Assembly (NCBI GenBank): GCA_964344035.1
Contig: CAYFLK010000002.1
Location: forward strand, 2,117 to 66,116
DNA length: 64,000 bases
Reading direction: 5' to 3'
Origin: an uncultured Pseudomonadota bacterium
GTDB lineage: Bacteria > SAR324 > NAC60-12
Shown here: positions 17,154 through 25,861 of the stretch, in pieces
How positions within the stretch are numbered: position 1 is the stretch's first letter
How the letters are laid out: every line of letters begins with the position of its first letter
Notes under the pieces: model-generated
Databases searched by the model: none
Seen by the model: only the letters and a program-made list of their open reading frames with translations
What the model was told of the DNA's origin: nothing
Translations under genes and position numbers: made by a program

Positions 17154-19598
17154 ATGAACAGTTCGTCCGACAATCCGGTCGACGTCGAATCAAAAATACT
17201 CGACCATCCGGAGGAACCCGGTCCACAGGACAAATCGATCATCATCGCCAGTGACGTATTTCCGGAAACACTGCTGATTGTCCCTCTTTATGATCGTCCG
17301 CTTTTCCCGAAGATGATGCTGCCGGTGATTATCACCGACGAAGAACTGGAAAAACATCTGCTGAAAGAGATGAAATCCTCCCTCAAGTATCTCGGTCTTG
17401 TTTTTACACAACGGGATGAGGAATCCGAAAAAGCTGAAGAAGCCGAACAAATGTCGGGTGTCGGCGTGGTCGCCAGAATTGTACAAGCGTCCAAGCAGTC
17501 CAACACGCCTCTGCAGATTGTAGTGCAGGTGATGGAACGTTTTGAAGTCGTCAATACATTTTCGGAGACTCCGCTGATTCAGGCCCGGGTGCGTTATTGG
17601 TACGATGCGGAACTGGAATCGGAAGAAGAACTGAAGGCATACTCCGTTTCAATCATTAACGCAATCAAGGAGCTAGTGCAGCTCAACCCGCTATTCAAGG
17701 AGGAACTCGGTCTGCTGATGGGGCGGGTCAATCTCAAGGAGCCAGGGACACTGGCTGATTTTTCCGCGTCAATGACCACTGCCTCCGGAATAGAACTGCA
17801 GGGAATCCTGGAGACACGGCAGGTGAAAAAACGCATTGAGAAAGCGCTGGTCCTCCTTAAGCATGAACTGGAAGTGGCCAAACTGCAGACGCGCATCAGT
17901 CAGCGCATTGAAGAAAGAATGTCCCAGCAGCAGCGTGAATTTTTCCTGCGGGAGCAACTCAAGGAAATTAAGAAAGAGCTGGGACTGGCCAAGGAAGGCA
18001 AGGAATCGGAGGTGGAGAAATACCTGGCGCGCATCAAGAAACTGAAACTCAGCGACGAGGCCAGTGAGCGCATCGATGAAGAGCTGGAAAAACTGAAACT
18101 GCTGGAACCGGCGGCGCCGGAATACAACGTTTCGCGCGCCTACCTTGACTGGCTGACGATACTGCCCTGGGGTGTTTACAGCAAAGACCATTATGATCTT
18201 AAACGCGCCAAACGGATCCTTGACCGGGACCACTACGGACTCAAGGACGTCAAGGACCGGATCCTGGAATTGATTTCGGTCGGCATCATCAACAACGATC
18301 TAGCCGGGACTATCGTCCTGCTAGTTGGCCCCCCGGGGACGGGTAAAACTTCAGTCGGACAGTCGATCGCCCGAGCCATCGGCAGGAAATTCTACCGGTT
18401 TTCCCTCGGGGGAATGCGAGACGAAGCGGAAATAAAGGGCCACCGCCGCACCTACATCGGCGCCCTTCCCGGTAAATTCATCAATGCCATGAAAACCTGC
18501 AAGACGGCAAACCCGGTGATCATGCTCGATGAAATCGACAAGATCGGAGCCAGTTTCCAGGGGGACCCTGCTTCGGCTCTGCTGGAAGTGCTTGATCCTG
18601 AACAGAACAAGGATTTTCTTGACCACTACCTCGACATCCGTTTTGACCTCTCCAAGGTTCTTTTCATTTGTACCGCGAACCAGGTGGAAACCATCCCGGC
18701 GCCCTTGCTTGACCGTATGGAGCAGATCCGGCTTTCAGGGTACATACTCGAGGAAAAACTGGAAATCGCGCGTCGTCATCTGATACCCAAGCAGCTGAAA
18801 CTGCATGGTCTTAAACGCCCCCAGTTGTCAATCACCAAGCCGGTGTTGCGTGAAATAATAGACGGATATGCACGGGAAGCAGGAGTGCGGGGACTGGAGA
18901 ATAACATCAAGAAGATCCTCCGAAAATCCGCGCGCCGCATAGTTGAGGAGGAAACAGAGAAAGTGAGGATAAAAAAAACCGAGCTTCCTGAGTTCCTGGG
19001 GAGACGCATGTTTGCCGAAGAAACCCGTTATCGCAAACCGAAAGTCGGTGTGGTCACCGGGCTTGCATATACCTCGCTGGGTGGCGCCACCCTGCACATA
19101 GAAGCCACCGGGATTGAATCGAAAAATCCCGGTTTCAAACAAACCGGACAATTGGGGGACGTGATGGTGGAATCATCCGAAATTGCATATACCTACGTCC
19201 GTTCCAAATTAAGCGGTGACAAAGAATCCCGGGAATTTTACAGCCACCGCTTCATCCATCTGCACGTACCCGCCGGGGCCACGCCGAAGGACGGGCCTTC
19301 GGCGGGTATCACCATGGCCTGTGCACTTTACTCGCTTGCCCGCAGCCTCCCCATCAGCCCGAACCTGGCGATGACAGGGGAACTGACTTTGACCGGGCTG
19401 GTGATGCCGATCGGGGGAGTGAAGGAAAAAACCATTGCCGCCCGACGAGCGGGCATTACGCAACTTCTTTTTCCCGAGGAAAACCGGAAGGATTTTGAGG
19501 AATTGGAGGAGAGCATCACCGGAGGCATCACTCCGTTCTTCGTGAAAACCTTTGACGAAGTGCTGTCAGTCGGGTTCCCTGCTCAAGGAGCCCGGTGA
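17154..19598 (+). CDS. lon: ATP-dependent Lon protease
   Basis: Lon N-domain, Walker [10 protein letters not shown], catalytic PKDGPSAG and GGVKEK. The ATG at 17154 is preferred over the TTG at 17082 used in the track. Confidence 0.95.
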   Translation: MNSSSDNPVDVESKILDHPEEPGPQDKSIIIASDVFPETLLIVPLYDRPLFPKMMLPVIITDEELEKHLLKEMKSSLKYLGLVFTQRDEESEKAEEAEQMSGVGVVARIVQASKQSNTPLQIVVQVMERFEVVNTFSETPLIQARVRYWYDAELESEEELKAYSVSIINAIKELVQLNPLFKEELGLLMGRVNLKEPGTLADFSASMTTASGIELQGILETRQVKKRIEKALVLLKHELEVAKLQTRISQRIEERMSQQQREFFLREQLKEIKKELGLAKEGKESEVEKYLARIKKLKLSDEASERIDEELEKLKLLEPAAPEYNVSRAYLDWLTILPWGVYSKDHYDLKRAKRILDRDHYGLKDVKDRILELISVGIINNDLAGTIVLLVGPPGTGKTSVGQSIARAIGRKFYRFSLGGMRDEAEIKGHRRTYIGALPGKFINAMKTCKTANPVIMLDEIDKIGASFQGDPASALLEVLDPEQNKDFLDHYLDIRFDLSKVLFICTANQVETIPAPLLDRMEQIRLSGYILEEKLEIARRHLIPKQLKLHGLKRPQLSITKPVLREIIDGYAREAGVRGLENNIKKILRKSARRIVEEETEKVRIKKTELPEFLGRRMFAEETRYRKPKVGVVTGLAYTSLGGATLHIEATGIESKNPGFKQTGQLGDVMVESSEIAYTYVRSKLSGDKESREFYSHRFIHLHVPAGATPKDGPSAGITMACALYSLARSLPISPNLAMTGELTLTGLVMPIGGVKEKTIAARRAGITQLLFPEENRKDFEELEESITGGITPFFVKTFDEVLSVGFPAQGAR

Positions 19599-20635
19599 TC
19601 ACGTTTGCGTTTTGCCTCAGTCACTTCGGCAATCATGCTCAGGGCAATTTCCGCCGCGGTTTTTGCACGGATGTCCAACCCTGCCGGACCCTTGATCCGG
19701 TCGATTTTACACTCTGAAAACCCGGCCTCCCGGAGCCGGACACAGCGTTTACCGTGTGTTTTTCTGCTGCCGAGTGCGCCGATATAGGGTATATCTTTGC
19801 TGAGCAGGATTTTCAGTGCCGGATCGTCTATTTTGGGATCATGGGTGAGCAGGAGCGCGTAAGTGTCTTCATGAAGAGGCCAATCCGCCAATACATCCTG
19901 GGGCCATTTGGGGATTAAATGATCCGGTTTAACCGGAAACCGGTCAGGATTGGCGAACACCTTCCTCGGATCTATCACAACCGACTGAAAATCAAGGATT
20001 TTTGCAAACATGACAAGAGGGATGCAAATGTGTGCGGCGCCGACGATCAGCAGTTGATCCTGACGCGGAAAGACCTGGATGAAGACTTCCTCCCCGTCAA
20101 TTTCCACCACCCTGCTTTGACGATCCCGGCAGGTATCTTCCGCAAGCATAACTGCTGGATGCTGAAGGCTCCCCCAGTCGCCCAGCGTTTTTGTTCCGGG
20201 CATGACCAGCAAGGGGGGCTCTCCGCCTGCGTTTAACCTGGTTAGCAGCGCGGCCGGTTCATTTTTCCGCAACGCGTCCCGCAGGCTAGTCCAAACTTGG
20301 CGGGTTTCCATGTTCTCTGAAAACGCCCAGTGTTTTTCCACCATTACCGTGACTTCTCCTCCACAAGACAAACCCACTGAAAGCGCCAGTTCATCTTCCA
20401 CCCCGTATGTCAGTTTACGCGGCTTACCCGAATCCAGCACATCCAGGGCTTCTTCGATCACCGCGGCTTCAATGCATCCTCCGCTGACGGATCCGGCAAC
20501 TTCCATGTTCGGTCCGATGATCATCCCCGCTCCCGCGGAACGTGGTGCGGATTTCCAGGTCTGAACTACCCTTGCCACCGCGAATGGAGTGCCTGCTTCA
20601 GTCCATTCCAGCAGTTCCTGCCATATGTCTTTCAT
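19583..20635 (-). CDS. XdhC/CoxI-family molybdoenzyme maturation (accessory) protein
   Basis: N-terminal XdhC_CoxI pattern (FAVARVV...[12 protein letters not shown]...GSVSGGCIE) plus a C-terminal Rossmann-like domain (LLIVGAAHI). It is convergent with lon and overlaps it by 16 nt. Confidence 0.85.
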   Translation of the reverse strand: MKDIWQELLEWTEAGTPFAVARVVQTWKSAPRSAGAGMIIGPNMEVAGSVSGGCIEAAVIEEALDVLDSGKPRKLTYGVEDELALSVGLSCGGEVTVMVEKHWAFSENMETRQVWTSLRDALRKNEPAALLTRLNAGGEPPLLVMPGTKTLGDWGSLQHPAVMLAEDTCRDRQSRVVEIDGEEVFIQVFPRQDQLLIVGAAHICIPLVMFAKILDFQSVVIDPRKVFANPDRFPVKPDHLIPKWPQDVLADWPLHEDTYALLLTHDPKIDDPALKILLSKDIPYIGALGSRKTHGKRCVRLREAGFSECKIDRIKGPAGLDIRAKTAAEIALSMIAEVTEAKRKRDHRAP

Positions 20636-20881
20636 GACTCACTGTCTAGCATAATTCAAAATCATCTTGGACACTCACATCTCCTGAAAGGAAGCATGTC
20701 AGTGCCTGAAAGAAACTGTTCCACGGAACCGTGCCAATCCATTATTCACATTTCAAACATTAAGGCAACTCCTGCAAATAAATTTCAAATGAAATCAGCT
20801 TACCCTGTAAATTTTGTGTTGTAAAATACCTCTGGGGGGTATAGATTATAGTACCATCCTGTGAAACTGAGGAGTCTCTCG

Positions 20882-21214
20882 ATGCAAAAGAAACTACTGA
20901 CCCTATCGTTGTTACTGGCAATTTTCTCGGGTTACGCGTTCTGCAAAACTGACCAGACAGCAAAACAAACAGTTCCAGAAGACCTTGGTCAGAGTCACTC
21001 AGTCTGCATGAACAACTTGTTGGGATTTTCTTTTGAAAGTGAACTGACAACAATTCCTGCAAGATACAACCTTCCGAAGGACCACCAATCAGGTACACTG
21101 CAGGTTACTGTTTCATCCCCCTTTTTTCCTATCCTGCCTTTTTTCAACATCCACATAATCAGAACTCATTCCTACTTATCCCTCTTCCTATTGCATCAGA
21201 GATTCCTGGTTTGA
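20882..21214 (+). CDS. Hypothetical small secreted protein (weak call)
   Basis: Begins MQKKLLTLSLLLAIFSGYAFC, which looks like a signal peptide. The C-terminal half is low-complexity. It lies in the AT-rich stretch. Confidence 0.25.
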   Translation: MQKKLLTLSLLLAIFSGYAFCKTDQTAKQTVPEDLGQSHSVCMNNLLGFSFESELTTIPARYNLPKDHQSGTLQVTVSSPFFPILPFFNIHIIRTHSYLSLFLLHQRFLV

Positions 21215-21259
21215 AATCCGCTATTCCCACCCTTTGAGGATTGCCCTTTCCCGAATCTA

Positions 21260-21736
21260 TTGGGAAAGGTATTTGTATTTCAAAACAACGTACATCCAAA
21301 ATATTTGCATACATTACAATTGTCCTGGAAAAAACCGTTTTGGCTTTGGGGAGGATTGGGACTTGCCCTCATCACCGGACTTGCCGCTTATCTTGTTCAC
21401 ATCATCATCAAAAATGAGAACCATGCGTACTTCTCTGAACAAATTGCTAAAGGTGAATGGGTTTATGTGCAAAATTTCGCAAAATGTCATGGATTATATG
21501 CTGAGGGTCTGTACCCCAAACTTCCCGGAGGCGGTAAAAACGCAAGAGGTTCCATTATTGCTCCAGCTTTGAATGGGAGTGGGCATACTGGGGAACACCC
21601 GGAGTCAATCCTGTTCAAGAGAATCAGAAACGGTTCAATTGAAGAGGATACGATGATGCATGGATTTGACAGAATACTAACAGATAAGGAAATCCTTAAC
21701 GTAATCCATTATCTCCGCTCACTTTGGCAGAAATAG
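21260..21736 (+). CDS. Membrane-anchored class-I c-type cytochrome-like protein with a single-Cys heme motif (FAKCH)
   Basis: One TM helix (FWLWGGLGLALITGLAAYLV). A cytochrome-c-like core, GEWVYVQNFAKCHGLYAEG...MMHGF...LNVIHYLRSLW. Codons 21476-21490 read TTC GCA AAA TGT CAT. The start is uncertain (TTG at 21260, with no early ATG). Confidence 0.55.
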   Translation: MGKVFVFQNNVHPKYLHTLQLSWKKPFWLWGGLGLALITGLAAYLVHIIIKNENHAYFSEQIAKGEWVYVQNFAKCHGLYAEGLYPKLPGGGKNARGSIIAPALNGSGHTGEHPESILFKRIRNGSIEEDTMMHGFDRILTDKEILNVIHYLRSLWQK

Positions 21737-21773
21737 GTGCTTAACCCTCACAACTCTATGCCGGAAGGGAAAC

Positions 21774-22274
21774 ATGCTTTTAAATGGATCTGCCGATGGA
21801 AAAAGCTATTTTCCAGGAGATACTGGAACAAACAAATTATCTGCATTTGCAGCCAGAAGCTTAGTGTTGGACCAATTTTCACGAGTTATGGAAAAATATA
21901 ATATTTCTCAAAAGAATAACTTCAAACCAATCATGTTGTATTTTACGGTGCTGATTGGGATATCCATTTTGGTTGGTGCTGTATGCAAAACAGAATATTC
22001 GGCCCCAGAATATTTAACAATTTCCAAGCCAATACCTATAACCGGCAAGGATTTTCTTAGGAATCACGTTAAAGACAAATTTTGTGAACAAGAAAGAATC
22101 CTTGTAACAAGGAAATGCTTTACTGTATCACAATCAAGTCAATACTTTGCGAAGAGATCTACTTTATTCATAGAGCATCTTATTGAAATCAAGAATTATA
22201 AGAATTCCTTCAAAAAATTATCCCCAAATCTCCTAACTTCTTTACACGCAAAAAACGTTCTACAGTTAATTTAG
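21774..22274 (+). CDS. Hypothetical protein with one TM helix (orphan, AT-rich)
   Basis: ORF only, with a TM segment IMLYFTVLIGISILVGAV. I recognise no motif. Confidence 0.35.
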   Translation: MLLNGSADGKSYFPGDTGTNKLSAFAARSLVLDQFSRVMEKYNISQKNNFKPIMLYFTVLIGISILVGAVCKTEYSAPEYLTISKPIPITGKDFLRNHVKDKFCEQERILVTRKCFTVSQSSQYFAKRSTLFIEHLIEIKNYKNSFKKLSPNLLTSLHAKNVLQLI

Positions 22275-22340
22275 AAAATATCTTTTTTCATGCGATTCAT
22301 ATTTTGATTTATTTATTCATATTTTAATGTAAAAGGAATT

Positions 22341-22580
22341 ATGGCAAAAACACGTTTCTTCATTGACAATCAGCCAAAAATAACCCACCAGATTGTAGAA
22401 AATGCTACAGACAATTATTTAAAGCAAGGAGGTAACATAGAACAGCTTCAACCACTTGATTTCACGGGAATGCCTCTCTATCCAAATATCCTGGAATTGG
22501 ATTGGAATATAAATTGGGATGAACCAGAGGGGTCCTTGATGTTGTGGGTGGAGAGGCTGTGTGATACACAAAAATCTTAA
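22341..22580 (+). CDS. Hypothetical 79-aa protein (orphan, AT-rich)
   Basis: ORF with ATG start preceded by aaaaggaatt. No recognisable motif. Confidence 0.4.
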   Translation: MAKTRFFIDNQPKITHQIVENATDNYLKQGGNIEQLQPLDFTGMPLYPNILELDWNINWDEPEGSLMLWVERLCDTQKS

Positions 22581-23002
22581 AATGATTCATCATAATAATA
22601 ACAAGAACTAGTCACACAGTGATTGCCATGATGTTTCATCGATACAATTTGATGCAATCAAGGCATGAGGAATAAGCTTGTCTATTCGAATGCGTTTTGC
22701 ATTAGATTTTGGATGTGATGTTGGTTTCAGGACCTTATGTATTTTATTAGCGGGAATCTATCCTGCCAAATGCATTACAGGGAGAACAGCTGATTGAATA
22801 ATACGTGATTACAAGTGTAAGTGTTTCCTTTGACATCAAATCAGGACATCATGGCAAGTCCATGCGGATTCTCACTTTCCAGTAAATAGTGAATTTCAAA
22901 GCGAACTTTCGGGAGAACAGAGAACTATCACAAATACCACACACTCAGGTGGTACAATCATAAAAGCTCAGTAAAACGAAAAACTCCAAAGGAAAACAGC
23001 AT

Positions 23003-23794
23003 ATGGATAAAAAATACAAATTTCACATTTCATTCGTCCTCATCATTATGTTTTCACTGATTCTGGCAGGTCTTGTGGTGTTGAGTGTTGAAGGGGGTAA
23101 AGTACTGCGTCAAAGCAAAACTCTGGCTGACGCTCATAATGATCAGTATCTGGAACAGAAAATTGAAGACGGGATTTTGAAATTTATTCGCAAACAGAGG
23201 GAAACCCAGAGACGGATTAATAAGAAGAATGTTGAGAAAGTACGTAGAGTCTCCCCTGGAAGGGATCACATCTATGGGAATCCCGGGGCAAAAATATCAC
23301 TCATTGAATATTCAGATTTTGAATGTCCTTTTTGCAAGAGGTTTCATCCAACAGCAAAAAGGATAGTCAAGGTATATGCAGGGCAGGTCAATTGGGTTTA
23401 TCGCCATTTCCCCCTAGGATTCCATAATCCAGGAGCACAAAAGGAAGCGGAAGCCTCTGAATGCGCAAATGAGTTAGGAGGAAATGACGCATTCTGGAAA
23501 TATACCGACTTGATCTATGCACGTACCAGATCAAATGGCCGGGGTTTTCCTTTGGATAAGCTTACCCCGCTTGCGGTAGAAATTGGGTTGGATAAAACTC
23601 AATTTAAGCGCTGTATTGAAAGTGAAAAATATAAGGAGAGAGTGCTTTCAGATTATCACGAAGGTACGAGCATCGGAATCACTGGAACTCCCGGCAATAT
23701 ATTGCTCAATAACCAGACGGGATCAGTGGTGTTAAAATCAGGCGCGTATCCTTTTAATGAATTTGCATCAGTCATTGAAGAATGGCTTAGATAA
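23003..23794 (+). CDS. Membrane-anchored DsbA-family thiol:disulfide oxidoreductase (BdbD/Com1-like)
   Basis: N-terminal TM anchor, thioredoxin-fold active site YSDFECPFCKRFHP, and a cis-Pro loop region GITGTPGN. Confidence 0.85.
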   Translation: MDKKYKFHISFVLIIMFSLILAGLVVLSVEGGKVLRQSKTLADAHNDQYLEQKIEDGILKFIRKQRETQRRINKKNVEKVRRVSPGRDHIYGNPGAKISLIEYSDFECPFCKRFHPTAKRIVKVYAGQVNWVYRHFPLGFHNPGAQKEAEASECANELGGNDAFWKYTDLIYARTRSNGRGFPLDKLTPLAVEIGLDKTQFKRCIESEKYKERVLSDYHEGTSIGITGTPGNILLNNQTGSVVLKSGAYPFNEFASVIEEWLR

Positions 23795-23805
23795 TTAATT
23801 GCACA

Positions 23806-24249
23806 ATGAGTGTGTTTACAAATATAAAATTAAAGGAGTGGTTCAGCTCCATTATCATAGCATCAGCAGTTTTTCTGATGCTGGGAACAATGACTGCTTT
23901 ATGGGAAAACCCATTTTTTATTAGGATGACAAAGATTTCATTCTGGGATTATATGCTGCTGGGATTAGAATCAATACTGATTGGTCTTTTTATGGGAACT
24001 CGAGCATCATCCTGTGCAATAAAAAAAGCTGGAATCGGAGGTGTTTTTGGATTCCTTGGATTTGCCTGTCCTACCTGTAACAAGATTCTTATGCTAGTTT
24101 TCGGTTCAAGTTTGCTGATATCATATTTCGAGCCTGTTCGGTATTTGGTCGGCATTATTGGGATTTCTTTGTTTTCTTATGCTTTGTACCAGAAAATGTC
24201 TCTGCGATTGTCAACCTATTCATCAACACTCATCAACCCCAGACTATAA
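23806..24249 (+). CDS. Small 4-TM membrane protein with an intramembrane CPTC motif plus one further Cys; unassigned family
   Basis: Four hydrophobic segments. Cys sits in RASSCAIKK, and FLGFACPTCNKIL lies within predicted TM3. The start is 11 nt after the DsbA stop, so co-transcription is likely. Confidence 0.65.
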   Translation: MSVFTNIKLKEWFSSIIIASAVFLMLGTMTALWENPFFIRMTKISFWDYMLLGLESILIGLFMGTRASSCAIKKAGIGGVFGFLGFACPTCNKILMLVFGSSLLISYFEPVRYLVGIIGISLFSYALYQKMSLRLSTYSSTLINPRL

Positions 24250-24387
24250 AACGAGAAGTTATCAAACCTGTCCGGGGCGTTTTGGGGGGAGTGCTGGCTT
24301 GTATCATTTTCGCCGGCTTCACCTGTATCTGATTGAGGATTCAAACAAATCACGGAGAGTTTATTGGCGCCCGGCTGCCCAGTGTTC

Positions 24388-24618
24388 CTACGCATAACGC
24401 ACGGTGAAAGGATGCCTGGTCAGCGGCTCGCATGTATAGGTGAAGACTCCGACCTGGTTCATCTCCGGTACGCCAGTGCAACGGTAAACAACTGCTTGGC
24501 CTGTCACTTGGTTTTTAACAGGGGTTCTTCTTGGTTTTTCTCCCTCGAAGGGCAGCAATGCCCTTTCAAACGGTTCGCAACTTGTCATCCCTCCTGCGTC
24601 ATGGTAAACGTAATTCAT
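24388..24618 (-). CDS. Possible small (76 aa) Cys-containing protein (weak call)
   Basis: The ORF has ordinary composition, unlike the neighbouring AT-rich DNA. It has an internal duplicated motif, SCEPFERALLPF and TCEPLTRHPFTV. The only GGAGG is about 19 nt from the ATG, which is poor spacing. Confidence 0.3.
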   Translation of the reverse strand: MNYVYHDAGGMTSCEPFERALLPFEGEKPRRTPVKNQVTGQAVVYRCTGVPEMNQVGVFTYTCEPLTRHPFTVRYA

Positions 24619-24721
24619 TGAAAACTTACGGACGTTTCCTCCTCTTCCTCACCATTTTGCTTAAATGGCTGCCGGGGCTTTTAAAGCAGATCACATTGTG
24701 GCGGGGGTTTTCTAAACCGCT

Positions 24722-25846
24722 ATGCCTACCCATGACCGCATCCTGATTGTTGATGATCAGGAAAACAACCGGCTGGTTCTCGAGGATTACCTGAGAAAAC
24801 TGCGATGTGAATTTCACGGGGTCTGTTCCGGAGAGGAAGCGCTGAAACTGCTGCGCGTGTGGAAACCAGACTGCATATTGATGGACATAATGATGCCTGG
24901 AATGGACGGGGTCGAAACCACAGTGCGGATCAAGGAAATGAAAGAATACGAGGACGTTCCGGTGTTGATGGTGACTGCACGAGACGAAGCATCATCCCTG
25001 CAGAACGCGTTTGACGCAGGCGCCGTTGATTATCTGGTCAAACCGGTGGACCCGGTCGCGGTTGAGGTCAGGGTCCGTTCCGCCCTGAGAACTAGGCATG
25101 CGTTTGAACAAATCCGTGAACTGAACCGTGATTTGCTCGCGCAGAAACAGGAATTGAGCAACTTCACTCACATGGTCAGCCATGATTTGAAATCACCGGT
25201 GGTCGGTGCGGCCAGTCTCTTCAACTTTTTCATTTACCGCCTCAAAGATGAATATCCAGGGGTTTGGGAGGATGAGGGCATGCGCGAAATGCTGGACCGC
25301 ATCCCGAACACCTTCACCAAAATGCTCAGTTTCGTGAACACGATGCTGGATTATGCAGAAGCTGGACGGGTGATCGGTGAACTGGAATGGGTTTCGATGG
25401 CAAAAGTGGTATCGGCGGTGATTCAGAATTTTGAGTATGCAGAACAGGAAGACATGGTGTGTTTTGCAAAGAAAGGAGAAATGCCTGAAATCTGGTGCGA
25501 CCCGCTGCGTATTGTCCAAGTCTGGCAAAACCTGATTGCCAACGCTATCAAATACCGGGGCGACCGAAACCCCGTTTACATTGAACTGGGCGGCAGAGTT
25601 GAGGATAATGCCTGGAGGTTCTGGGTGCGTGACAATGGTCCGGGCATCGATCCCAAAGATCATCAACACATTTTCCAGCCCTTTGTAAGGGTTGACGAAG
25701 ACACCGAGGGCAGCGGCATCGGGCTTGCCACCGTTGAACGGATTATTCACGCGCATGGCGGTAGGGTAATGGTGGATCCAAACATCAGTGACGGCGCATG
25801 CCTGGTTTTTGAACTGCCCAAATCAGCCGCACCGCAAGCGGCTTAA
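24722..25846 (+). CDS. Hybrid response-regulator receiver / histidine kinase (REC-HisKA-HATPase_c), no sensor domain
   Basis: REC motifs ILIVDDQ, DIMMPGMDG, and VTARDE...KP. H-box HMVSHDLKSPV, N-box NLIANAIKY, and G-boxes DNGPGI and GSGIGLA. Confidence 0.85.
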   Translation: MPTHDRILIVDDQENNRLVLEDYLRKLRCEFHGVCSGEEALKLLRVWKPDCILMDIMMPGMDGVETTVRIKEMKEYEDVPVLMVTARDEASSLQNAFDAGAVDYLVKPVDPVAVEVRVRSALRTRHAFEQIRELNRDLLAQKQELSNFTHMVSHDLKSPVVGAASLFNFFIYRLKDEYPGVWEDEGMREMLDRIPNTFTKMLSFVNTMLDYAEAGRVIGELEWVSMAKVVSAVIQNFEYAEQEDMVCFAKKGEMPEIWCDPLRIVQVWQNLIANAIKYRGDRNPVYIELGGRVEDNAWRFWVRDNGPGIDPKDHQHIFQPFVRVDEDTEGSGIGLATVERIIHAHGGRVMVDPNISDGACLVFELPKSAAPQAA

Positions 25847-25861
25847 TGAATTGAAATATTA

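Noticed and set aside
17769-18233. 154-aa minus-strand ORF, plus others inside lon
   Set aside because: It is antisense to an unambiguous Lon protease gene, and its translation is repetitive (F/Q/L-rich).
25193-25756. 187-aa minus-strand ORF
   Set aside because: It is antisense to the histidine-kinase domain, whose H, N and G boxes are intact on the plus strand.
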